From positions 558,001 to 622,000 of the forward strand of contig JAQGDQ010002369.1 of NCBI GenBank assembly GCA_030141605.1: a stretch of DNA of 64,000 nucleotides. The letters run 5' to 3'. Under the pieces are notes generated by a model. The model was not told where the DNA came from. It did no database searches and saw only the letters and a list, made by a program, of their open reading frames with translations. The position numbers and the translations under genes are program-made. The first letter of the stretch is position 1. Every line of letters starts with the position of its first letter. This DNA comes from Tubiluchus corallicola (lineage: Eukaryota > Animalia > Priapulida). Positions 35,265 through 44,405 of this stretch are shown here, piece after piece.

Positions 35265-36679
35265 TAGTTTATCTCCTCGATTGTGGCTGTAAAGGAACCA
35301 TCGTAAACTTTAGCCCTGATTTTTTGATTCTTCTCTATATCCTTAGTGGAGAGAATAATCGATGAATCCTTTTCGGAAAAGAGAATGCTGTATCCTTTCT
35401 TCAATAGGTTTTTCGGATCCAATGATCGAAGATGGGAAACAAGGGAGGTCAGCTTCTCTTTTTTTCGGTCCAGGATCGATTTCATTTTAATGATCACTTC
35501 CTTCCTTAAAGACTGAGAATCAAACTTTTCTTTTTGAATATTGAAATGACTGCGCATCCCTTCGTCTAGGCGTGTTTGGTAGAGTCTTAACTTCTGTTGG
35601 TAATTGGCTATTTGCGTTGAGGGTTGGTGCGCATTCAATTGTCCCCTGAAGGAGATTATCTGGTTTTTTTGGACCTCCAGCATATGTTTGATTTGGAGGT
35701 TCAGTGTCGACTTGAACTCGTCGATTTGCTGCATGTACTGTCCTAAAAGAGCATCTGAGGAAGAAAAAACATTTTGGCGGACTAGCGAGCGGACCTTCTC
35801 TCGGTTCTGATGGACCTTTGTTTTGAGGTTTGATTCGATTCTTTTCGATGCGGTATCCAGAAATTTAAGGAGCTGTTCTCTTTCTTTAATAACGATTTCC
35901 GCAGCAGCAGAAGGAGTGGGGGCGCGGACATCGGCAACGAGATCTGCAATCGATGTATCCGTCTCATGGCCCACAGCAGAAATGACAGGAATGCGGGACT
36001 CGAAGATTGCTCTTGCGACGATCTCTTCATTAAACGCCCAAAGATCTTCGATGCTTCCACCGCCTCTTCCTACAATAAGGACATCGGCCAGATCATATTG
36101 GTTCATTTGTTCGATTGCCTGAGCGATTTCTTCGGCAGCTCCTTCGCCCTGAACTTTGACGGGATTCAAAATGAGATGAAAAGAGGAGAAACGTCTTTTC
36201 AGAACATGAAGAACGTCTTGGATCACAGCACCGGTCGGGCTGGTGACCATCCCGATCCGTTTGGGAAGGTGGGGCAGTTTTTTCTTTTTTTCAGGAGAAA
36301 ACCATCCCCGCATTTTCAATTCTTCTTTTAACTTGTGGAGTTTTAAAAGAAGTTCGCCACCCCCTAATAGTTCCATTTCCCGAACGACGATCTGATAATT
36401 TCCGCGAGGGGCATAGACATTGAGCTGTCCTCGAACCGTGACCTGGTCTCCTTCTTTGGGAATCCGAGTCAATTTCGAAGCATTTCCCCGGAACATAACG
36501 GCCGAGATTTGTGAAGAGGAATCTTTCAGGCTGAAATAAATATGGCCTGATGCCTGGCGTTTGAGGTTGCTGATTTCGCCTTGTACGGCAAGGACGGGGA
36601 AAAACTTTTCTAAGTTTGATTTGATCTGGAAGGTGATCTCAGAGACTGTAAGAACTTTATTGAGAGTCATTGTGGACAT
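35264..36679 (-). CDS. xseA: exodeoxyribonuclease VII large subunit
   Basis: [46 protein letters not shown]. Confidence 0.97.
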   Translation of the reverse strand: MSTMTLNKVLTVSEITFQIKSNLEKFFPVLAVQGEISNLKRQASGHIYFSLKDSSSQISAVMFRGNASKLTRIPKEGDQVTVRGQLNVYAPRGNYQIVVREMELLGGGELLLKLHKLKEELKMRGWFSPEKKKKLPHLPKRIGMVTSPTGAVIQDVLHVLKRRFSSFHLILNPVKVQGEGAAEEIAQAIEQMNQYDLADVLIVGRGGGSIEDLWAFNEEIVARAIFESRIPVISAVGHETDTSIADLVADVRAPTPSAAAEIVIKEREQLLKFLDTASKRIESNLKTKVHQNREKVRSLVRQNVFSSSDALLGQYMQQIDEFKSTLNLQIKHMLEVQKNQIISFRGQLNAHQPSTQIANYQQKLRLYQTRLDEGMRSHFNIQKEKFDSQSLRKEVIIKMKSILDRKKEKLTSLVSHLRSLDPKNLLKKGYSILFSEKDSSIILSTKDIEKNQKIRAKVYDGSFTATIEEIN

Positions 36680-36793
36680 GACCTATTCACACGCATAAAA
36701 AAAATTGAGAAGATCTATCCTAAAGGATATACTAAAACCTTGCAAATCTCTCTTTTTCTGAGATATCATAATTGGCTAAGAAAGAATTTTTTT

Positions 36794-37546
36794 ATGGATA
36801 GAGACCCTTTGATCATCGGCAACTGGAAAATGTATAAGACTGCGGACGAAGCAGAGAGGTTCATTCATGAACTTGCTCCTTTGATCGGCACGGCAAAAGC
36901 TGAAGTGGGCTTGGCCGTTCCTTTCACTGCCATGCATCGTGCAACAGAGGCCGCAAAGAAAACAAACATCCTCATTGGCGCCCAAAACATGAGTGATCAT
37001 CGCGAAGGGGCGTATACAGGCGAAATCTCTTCTTTAATGCTCATAGAAGCTGGAGCTGAATTCTCTCTCGTCGGTCATTCAGAAAGACGGCATATTTATG
37101 GAGAGAGCAACGAATTCATCAATAAGAAGCTCCTTCGGGCACTGGCAGATGATATCCGGCCGATCTTGTGTGTAGGGGAGACCCAGCATGAAAGAGATAA
37201 TTCAGAAACTCCTTTCGTTTTGAAAGAGCAAATTTTTAAAGGGCTTAGAGAAGTTCCCAAGGAAGATGCAGAAAAGGTTGTGATTGCCTACGAGCCTGTC
37301 TGGGCAATTGGAACCGGAAAAGCTGCAACGTATCAGATGGCCCAGGATGCGCATGAACTCTGTAAGGAATTTCTTTTTGAATTTTTCGGTAAAAATGATG
37401 TTCCGGTCCTTTACGGAGGATCTGTCAAACCAGAAAACATCCAGGGATTTATGGAACAAGGTGATGTGGATGGAGCATTGGTCGGAGGAGCCTCCCTGGA
37501 GCCTCAGTCCTTTGCAAAAATTGTCAATTTTGAGGTCAAAAGATGA
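36794..37546 (+). CDS. tpiA: triosephosphate isomerase
   Basis: IIGNWKM, GHSERR, AYEPVWAIGTG, YGGSV, LVGGASL; ATG 36794 preferred over TTG 36740. Confidence 0.97.
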   Translation: MDRDPLIIGNWKMYKTADEAERFIHELAPLIGTAKAEVGLAVPFTAMHRATEAAKKTNILIGAQNMSDHREGAYTGEISSLMLIEAGAEFSLVGHSERRHIYGESNEFINKKLLRALADDIRPILCVGETQHERDNSETPFVLKEQIFKGLREVPKEDAEKVVIAYEPVWAIGTGKAATYQMAQDAHELCKEFLFEFFGKNDVPVLYGGSVKPENIQGFMEQGDVDGALVGGASLEPQSFAKIVNFEVKR

Positions 37547-37839
37547 CTTTTCTATTTTTTCTCGTCCTCTTTCTCTTTTTAGGATTAACAGCCCTTTTAT
37601 GCTTTGTGATTCTGATTCAGGAATCTAAAAGTTTAGGACTGGGTGCTTCTTTCGGAGGAGATTCGGGCGATTCCCTTTTTGGAACTTCAACCGCTGATGT
37701 TCTTAAAAAATTTACAGCTTATTTAGCTGCTGCTTTCATGATCGGCTGTATTCTTCTTTCCATTTGGACTTCTGCTTTAGGTAAAAGCCAAAGCACTTCT
37801 GTACCTACCCAAATTGAAGAGACGACAAACGAATCATGA
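37543..37839 (+). CDS. secG: preprotein translocase subunit SecG
   Basis: VILIQESKSLGLGASFGG...LKKFT; follows tpiA. Confidence 0.92.
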   Translation: MTFLFFLVLFLFLGLTALLCFVILIQESKSLGLGASFGGDSGDSLFGTSTADVLKKFTAYLAAAFMIGCILLSIWTSALGKSQSTSVPTQIEETTNES

Positions 37840-38366
37840 AACTTACTCTTCGCTATTACGGTGATCCTGTTCTACGTAAGCGGTGTGCTCCTGTTAAAGA
37901 AATCACCGATGAAGTCCGTCAATTCGTTGCCGATTTGATCGAGACAATGGACAAAGCCCATAATGGAGTAGGTCTTTCTGCTCCCCAGGTAGGCAAGCTT
38001 TGGAAGATCTTTGTCATCCGGGAGCCCGAAATCGGGGAGCATGGAGAACTGAATTTTGGCAAACCCCTTGTTTTCATCAATCCCGAGCTCTCTGAGCCCA
38101 CAGAAGAGCAGGTCATTCTTCCTGAAGGATGTCTTTCCTTCCCCGGATTCCATATCGAAGTTATGCGGCCTGAGGGTATCCATGTGAAATATATGGATTT
38201 AGAGGGAAAAATCCACGAAGAGACCATCGTGGGATTCAAAGCCCGCATGATCATGCATGAGAACGATCATCTCAATGGAGTCCTCTTCATCGACCGGATG
38301 GACCCATCCAAGAAAAAGCTCGTCGAGCCTGTACTTAAGAAGCTGAAAAAGAAGAACAAAAGCTAA
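37836..38366 (+). CDS. def: peptide deformylase
   Basis: GVGLSAPQVG, EGCLSFP, HENDHL. Confidence 0.97.
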   Translation: MKLTLRYYGDPVLRKRCAPVKEITDEVRQFVADLIETMDKAHNGVGLSAPQVGKLWKIFVIREPEIGEHGELNFGKPLVFINPELSEPTEEQVILPEGCLSFPGFHIEVMRPEGIHVKYMDLEGKIHEETIVGFKARMIMHENDHLNGVLFIDRMDPSKKKLVEPVLKKLKKKNKS

Positions 38367-38483
38367 TAATCAGCCCTTTCTTATTACAATCTTATTAATT
38401 AAAATTTTTTACTACTAATAATATGTATTAAATTTTAATGTATAATAGTTGCATATAATAACTGATTAATAAGAGAAGAAGTA

Positions 38484-39458
38484 ATGAGTATTAGTAGCCT
38501 AGTTAATTCAGAAATTGATGAACTATTTCGTGTTATTCAGTCCGGAGGACTAGACGAAGGAAGAGAAAGACTTGAACGTGTGCTGGAAGGTGTTAGTGAT
38601 TTGGATCGAGTGACACAAGCTGCAGCTTACGATCGTCTTGAGTCAGTGGCTGAAATGTATGGAATACGACTCCCGAGAGTAGAGCCGGAACGAGTTGAGA
38701 AAAAAGAAAAAGAAAGAGATGAAAAGAGCGCATTCAGACCCGGAATGGAATGTGGAATTTCTCTTCAAGAGATCGAAAGAGAAGACTTTATTCAGATAGA
38801 TGGGACTCCTTTTGATGCGAATCAATTCATTCGAGGAGTTCTTTGTACAGAAACCCCTTCCAATCCTTTCACAAGGGAGAATTTATCTAATGATCAAATT
38901 CGAGCTTTGTTAGATCATTTTGGCCTTAATGATGTTTCTGCCCAATCATTCAAAGATATTTGGGAAGATGCCAGAGCAGATTTTGAAGAAGAGCTCACTT
39001 CGGAAACCCTTATTCATCAAAATGATGAAGCCTATCAATTAGGAAGATTGATTGGGCAAGATATAGATGGAGCCAATGCTGATCGACGAAGAGATTTCCG
39101 TATACGAAGGTTTTTAGGTCTATTTGCTGGAAAAGACTCTGAGCGGGCGATGGTAAAGCTGATCCGGCTTTCTGATTCGGTACCTCCTCAAATGATGGGA
39201 AGGTTAGCCTATCAACCTCAACGAAGAAGAGAACGTGTTCAACCGGTTTTGCAGCCTCTAATAGCGGTTGGGGACCAAGTGGTTCGTGGAGCTCAAGCTC
39301 TAGACCAACAGCAGCTTGTGGTGATTGATTTAAACCGAACTTTTGCTCAACAGATGATGGATGATGTTCGCGAATTAGCCACTCCGAGAAATATTATGTG
39401 TATCGCAATGGCTGTCGTTGCAGCATTGGTAGTATGGTACAATCAAGCAACTGAATAA
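38484..39458 (+). CDS. putative U-box-like E3 ubiquitin ligase effector with a C-terminal TM anchor
   Basis: ECGISLQEI...DGTPFD...NPFTRENL resembles the U-box consensus; tail NIMCIAMAVVAALVVWYNQ; AT-rich promoter. Confidence 0.6.
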   Translation: MSISSLVNSEIDELFRVIQSGGLDEGRERLERVLEGVSDLDRVTQAAAYDRLESVAEMYGIRLPRVEPERVEKKEKERDEKSAFRPGMECGISLQEIEREDFIQIDGTPFDANQFIRGVLCTETPSNPFTRENLSNDQIRALLDHFGLNDVSAQSFKDIWEDARADFEEELTSETLIHQNDEAYQLGRLIGQDIDGANADRRRDFRIRRFLGLFAGKDSERAMVKLIRLSDSVPPQMMGRLAYQPQRRRERVQPVLQPLIAVGDQVVRGAQALDQQQLVVIDLNRTFAQQMMDDVRELATPRNIMCIAMAVVAALVVWYNQATE

Positions 39459-39468
39459 CTGTTATTTG

Positions 39469-39570
39469 TTAGAGCACTTCATTCTTGAAGTGCTCTCCCA
39501 TTCTGATTGCATTCGCAATGATCGTTAGGCCAGGATTCATGCCTCTGTTAGAACAGAAAAGCTTTTATCC
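39469..39570 (-). pseudogene. 3'-end remnant of the GMC oxidoreductase gene (copy of ~44406-44505) with an 11-bp perfect hairpin
   Basis: Direct sequence match, still encoding ...NPGLTIIANAIRMGEHFKNEVL*; stem AGAGCACTTCA/TGAAGTGCTCT. Confidence 0.9.
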
Positions 39571-39574
39571 ATTG

Positions 39575-40110
39575 CCTTTTGCTGTTTTTATGGTTAGATG
39601 TACTCTTCTTCTTTCCATTTGGACTTCTGCTCTTTGTAAAAAAGCCATAGCACTTCGAGGTTTTGCAGGTTTGTTGCTGATCTGATCGAAACGAAGGACA
39701 AGTCCACAATGGAGTAGGACTTTCTGCTTCGCAGGTAGGTAATCTTTGAAAGATCTTCGTCATCTGGGAGTCTGAGAAATAGGAGTTCATAAAGAGATGA
39801 ATTTTGATAAAGTCCTTATTTTCATCAAGCATGAACTTTTTAAACCCACACAAGAGCAGGTAATCCTTCCTAATAGATGTCTTTCCTTCCCTGGATTTAA
39901 CATCGAAGTCATACATCCTGAAAGTATCCATATGAAATACATGGACTTAGAGAGGGAATCCTCTGTGAGAATTCCATTGTGGGGATTCAAAGCCCATCTA
40001 ATCATGAGTTAGAATGACCATTTCAATGGAATCCTCTTCATTGGCTGGCTGGACCCATCCAAAAAATTGTCGAACCAGTTCTTAAGAAGCTGAAAGAAGA
40101 GCAAAAGTTC
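39575..40110 (+). pseudogene. decayed second copy of the secG 3' end plus def
   Basis: Collinear match to ~37725-37800 and ~37920-38365 with indels and stops (TGG>TGA, disrupted HENDH). Confidence 0.92.
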
Positions 40111-40339
40111 CTAACCTCTTATGTAGAGGTAGTTGTGGCAATATTATAAAGAAGTTACTATGTGGTTATATTATTATTTAATATTGGTATATTTTAAATT
40201 TAATTGATATAATAGACAGACCTTCAAGGGAAGAAGAAAGGGTATATTATTAAGTATAATGAGCTCTTTATAAAAGAAATATAATTTTGTTTTAATTTTT
40301 ATTAAATTAGTAAAGAGAGGAGTCTCCGTGAGATTAAAT

Positions 40340-41141
40340 ATGAATTTTCACACAAAGTAAATCATTTCCTTGTTCTCATCAATTCATAGAGGAGAATTGG
40401 GAAGATAAAGATTACAATTTTGGGTTTGCTGAAGGTGATTGTTCTGTGTGTTCTGATGAAAAATTAATCATCTTGATACAAGGGGGGGGATTGCGTTTTG
40501 GTTGCCATTCGGGTATCTGTCTTGATTGTTTAAGTGACTCATTCAAAAACAGCCCTATAAATATAAACTTACTTTATCGTTTTGATAAAGAATCGTCTTC
40601 AGAAGAGCAAAATCTTCAACATGTAGTTCATTATCCTGTAGATATTCCATGTAAAATACTCAAATATAGTAGAAAAATCATGAATGGAGATTCTGAAGTA
40701 GAACTACAGCAAATACAAGAGGTAGCCTGTCTGTCAGATATACTTAAAGGAGTTCTCAAAAAAGCAGAAAAGCAAGATTCTGAACCAGCTATTTGCAAAA
40801 CATGTAACGGCTTTTTTAATACTGATTTAGTAACACTTGCGAATACATTAAGAGAGAAGGGAAACGCCGTTGTTTATTGTCCTGGTTGTCTAGTAATAAT
40901 GGACTGGATGAGTGGTTGCTGTACTCTTTCCTGTAAAAGTAAGGATCCAATCTCTGAAAATGGGTGCTTGTCTGGCAGAAAAATATGTGCTTTTTGTTTA
41001 GGAGGAAGAACTGCCGAAAAAATTTCTCATTCTTTTATTAAGTGTAGTAGTTTGTTAAGGCTAGCAGTGGAAACTGCTTCACCACTTCCTCTGATTAAAA
41101 TTTGTACCTGTGAGGATAGCGAGATTCAAAAGGCAGAGTAA
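40340..41141 (+). CDS. Cys-rich RBR (RING-between-RING)-like E3 ligase; 5' end frameshifted (track ORF 40446-41141)
   Basis: The frame is open from 40344: CSVC-x16-CH-x3-CLDC (RING1-like), CKTC, and YCPGCLVIMDWMSGCCTLSC...CAFC...H...C (Rcat-like). Confidence 0.6.
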
Positions 41142-41202
41142 AAGGAAGAAAACATACTGTGATGGAAGTTGGATAATCGGTAACACTTCGTCTCTAGTGA
41201 AC

Positions 41203-41266
41203 AGAGCACTTCTTTCTTGAAGTGCTCTTTCATTTAGATTGTATTCGCTATGATTGCCGGGATTTA
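41203..41266 (-). pseudogene. second, more decayed GMC 3'-end remnant with a 10-bp hairpin
   Basis: AGAGCACTTC-TTTCTT-GAAGTGCTCT...ATTCGCTATGATTGCCGGGATT matches the sequences at 39471 and 44408. Confidence 0.8.
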
Positions 41267-41385
41267 AGATCCCATTCAAAACCCCTTTTTTTATTTCATT
41301 TATTTAAAAACAGCTCATTTTCATCTGAGGAGAATTAGATCATAAAGAATTTGTAACCAGTCGCTATTGGATAGGGGAGGAGAAA

Positions 41386-41765
41386 ATGACTTTTGAAGAC
41401 ATGCTCAAAGAAGATTTGGAAGTCATTCGAAAAAAAGCTCCGAATTTTCATCCTAAAATTGGATTCATCGCCGGATCGGGAATCGGACACTTAGCCGATG
41501 AATTAAAAAATCAGGTCGTCATTCCCTATGACGAACTTCCTCACTTTCCTAAAAGTACAGTAAAGGGCCATGAAGGCTCTATGGTCTTGGGAACTTTAGA
41601 AAATGTGCCTATTGTCTTTCTAAAGGGAAGGGTCCACATGTATGAGGGCACAGATCTGGAAAAAATCAAAGTCCTCATCCGGACCATTCATATGATGGGA
41701 TGCAAGGAACTGATCATTACCAATGCAGCGGGATCTACGAGAGAAGAAGTAGGGCCTGGCGAAGT
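41386..41765 (+). pseudogene. purine nucleoside phosphorylase (PunA/XapA type), N-terminal half only
   Basis: GFIAGSG, IPYDELPHFP.STV.GH.G, GRVHMYEG, ITNAAG; similarity stops at GPGEV. Confidence 0.85.
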
Positions 41766-41776
41766 GGCTCTCTTCC

Positions 41777-42859
41777 ATGTATTTCTTTGCAAACTTCTTT
41801 TTGCTCTTTCCTGCTGGAATACTATTAGACCGATTTTCCACGAAGAAGTTAATTTTAATCGCGATGTCATTCTCCATCTTTAGCATGTTCGGGTTTGCTC
41901 TTTCCCATTCGATCCTATGGGCAGGGTTCTTTCGATTTTTAGCTGGTATTGGAGGGGCATTTTGCTTCATCGGCCCCGTCCGTTTGGCCTCGCGATGGTT
42001 CAGTCCCAAAAAATTAGCTCTTGTCATCGGCTGTTTAGTGACCATTGGAATGTTGGGAGGCATGGTAACCCAAACTCCTGTAATCATAGTGAGCGAAACG
42101 GTCGGCTGGCGAAATATGATGCTCCTTTGTGGAGCGGTAGGAATCATCTTTTTTATCTGGATTTGGATTTTTGTTAGAGACTGGTTAAAGGCATGGGAGA
42201 GAAAAGACATAGACAAACTAGAATTTTGGCATGGCCTCTACCTAGTTTTAAAAAACCGCTCCAATTGGTTTGGAGGGCTATACACAGCTTTCTTGAATCT
42301 TCCCATATTTGTCTTGGGAGCTCTTTGGGGACAATTATATCTGACTGAGGGACATGGAATTTCAAAAGAAGGATCATCTTATATACTTTCTGCGCTATTT
42401 TTTGGCTCTATCATAGGCGCTCCCATCATGGGGTGGTTTTCTGACATTATTAAAAGAAGAAAACTTCCGATGTTATTTGGAGCAGCTCTTTCCTTTGTTG
42501 TTGTCGTGCTCATCATGTACTTGCCGAATCTGGACTTTGTATCCTTACTTGTTCTTTTCTTATTGCTAGGCCTTTTTACAAGTACCCAGGCGCTGAGTTA
42601 TCCTAACATTGCCGAGCTTAACTCTCCTTTGATTGCCGGGTCTGCCAGTAGTATTATTTCATCGATGTTGATTGCTAGCGGCTTTGTGTTTCAGCCTCTA
42701 TTTGGCTGGTTGATGAAACACACGGTAAAGGGGCATCAAATAGCTATGTACACACTTGAAGATTTTCAAAAAGCAATGGCTGTTTTACCCATCTGTTTTC
42801 TTTTGGGATTTGTCTTTTCCCTACTGTTAAAAGAAACCCGCTGCAGACGTCATATATAG
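41777..42859 (+). CDS. MFS transporter, N-terminally truncated
   Basis: AGILLDRFSTK, SRWF, GWR, GWFSDIIKRRK; begins mid-TM2, abutting the PNP fragment. Confidence 0.75.
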   Translation: MYFFANFFLLFPAGILLDRFSTKKLILIAMSFSIFSMFGFALSHSILWAGFFRFLAGIGGAFCFIGPVRLASRWFSPKKLALVIGCLVTIGMLGGMVTQTPVIIVSETVGWRNMMLLCGAVGIIFFIWIWIFVRDWLKAWERKDIDKLEFWHGLYLVLKNRSNWFGGLYTAFLNLPIFVLGALWGQLYLTEGHGISKEGSSYILSALFFGSIIGAPIMGWFSDIIKRRKLPMLFGAALSFVVVVLIMYLPNLDFVSLLVLFLLLGLFTSTQALSYPNIAELNSPLIAGSASSIISSMLIASGFVFQPLFGWLMKHTVKGHQIAMYTLEDFQKAMAVLPICFLLGFVFSLLLKETRCRRHI

Positions 42860-43028
42860 ACGGAATGCAAATAGTCTCTTAAATACATTCCGGCTCAGTT
42901 AAAAAAAATATGCAATCAGGTAGTGTCTAAATAGTCAATCTAATATAAAATAGATTTTTATCTATTTAGTTATTAACTTTTAAGATAAGGAGTGTTATCA
43001 TTATTTTAATGATAATTAAAGGGAAGAT

Positions 43029-44331
43029 ATGAGCTTGTTAATAAGAGATAGTACAATTTCTCAGGACCTTGAAGGTTTTAAGTCGAACACATTAGAAGAT
43101 GTTTGGGCTTGCAGAGAGGTCAAATCATCACAGTTTAACTATAGAAATCATCAAATATCTGTTAAAGAAATAACGCCTCCTGAACGATTAAAATCAATCG
43201 ATAACAATCGATTCTTCGATAGTAGAAAAGTGCAGATTTTCTTTAATCAGGGCAATAAAAGAATAGAAATTGAAGTTGAAGGAAAGGGACGTCGTGAAAC
43301 AATAACTGTTTTTGTTGATGGTAAAAAACTACAGGACTCTTCCGATGAAAATATATTGAAGTTAGGACGCACTTTGTTTCCTTTAAATATGTACTTACTT
43401 GAAGCTGTTAGTCGATCTCAGTCTAAAGAAGATTCAACTAGCGACTGCTTCTCTTTAGGAATTATTAGGTATTGTAGAAAAAACTGGTATCCTGAAGACG
43501 AACAGAAGAGAAGAGATTTAAATACGCATAAAGCGCAATATGTCTCCATGAGACCGGCATTAACAGAAGAGCATGCAATTGCTCTTTTTAATGAGGCATT
43601 TAGAAGGAAGCCTCATAAAGTGATTGCAAGAGTTCTCTTTAATGATTGTCATTGGTTTCTTATGATACTGGACATTAGCCGAGGATTATCAGACCCTAAA
43701 GTAGTTGTAATTGACTCGGCTCCTTTTTCTATGAGGGCGGCCCAAAAAGACGCTTATGAAGCAATTGCTCCATCCATTAATAAAGCTCTTTCAATGAATC
43801 CAACCGCTCACGGAGCCCAGATTTCCGCGGAAGATATTCAGGTTATCGGACAGAATCAATATGGATTATCCTCATGTGGGATTGCTTGTGATTCTAATGC
43901 TCACAACTATATAGAAGGCTTTTTTGATTCAAGAGATAGGCTTAAGCATGATGATTTTGAAGTAAATGCCAGTGGCTTTACGGAAATAAAACCAGACGTT
44001 AAAAGGAAATCTGTAGGAAGATATTCTATAGTTGAAGATGCAGTGAATCGGGCTTTTCTGCATCTTGAATTGCAAAAGAGGGATCAATTGCGAACTGAAA
44101 TCGCCGCCAGAGTTTCCAACTTCATCTACCCACTGCAGTGCTCAGACAGAAGAGGTAATGGGCCTTATTCAAGAAAACAAGGGCATGGCCCATCCTCGTG
44201 AAAGAACCTACTTTCAGATAGGAATGCTTAATCTCCGGGAAAGGTTTGTACCAAGGGTTATTCTAACTCTTGGTATGGCTGCGCTTGCAGGTATTGTTTG
44301 GTACAATCAAATGAGATTCGATCAAGGCTAA
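43029..44331 (+). CDS. putative CE-clan (Ulp1/ChlaDUB-like) deubiquitinase with a C-terminal TM anchor; frameshift near 44110-44160
   Basis: HWFLMILD...IDS...QNQYGLSSCG gives the His-Asp-Gln-Cys order; tail VILTLGMAALAGIVWYNQ lies in ORF 44065-44331. Confidence 0.7.
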
Positions 44332-44405
44332 TTAAATTGGGGTGCTCTTTGTCACACCAAATGGGCTTAGAAATTCTAGAATGATGGAAGTTTAATCATG
44401 CTTTT

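Noticed and set aside
39485-40012. Short ORFs 39485-39685, 39548-39931, 39787-40005 and 39797-40012 as genes
   Set aside because: Explained as fragments or antisense frames of the GMC, secG and def remnants.
41267-41385. Purine riboswitch upstream of the PNP fragment
   Set aside because: The conserved purine-riboswitch core and three-stem layout are not present.
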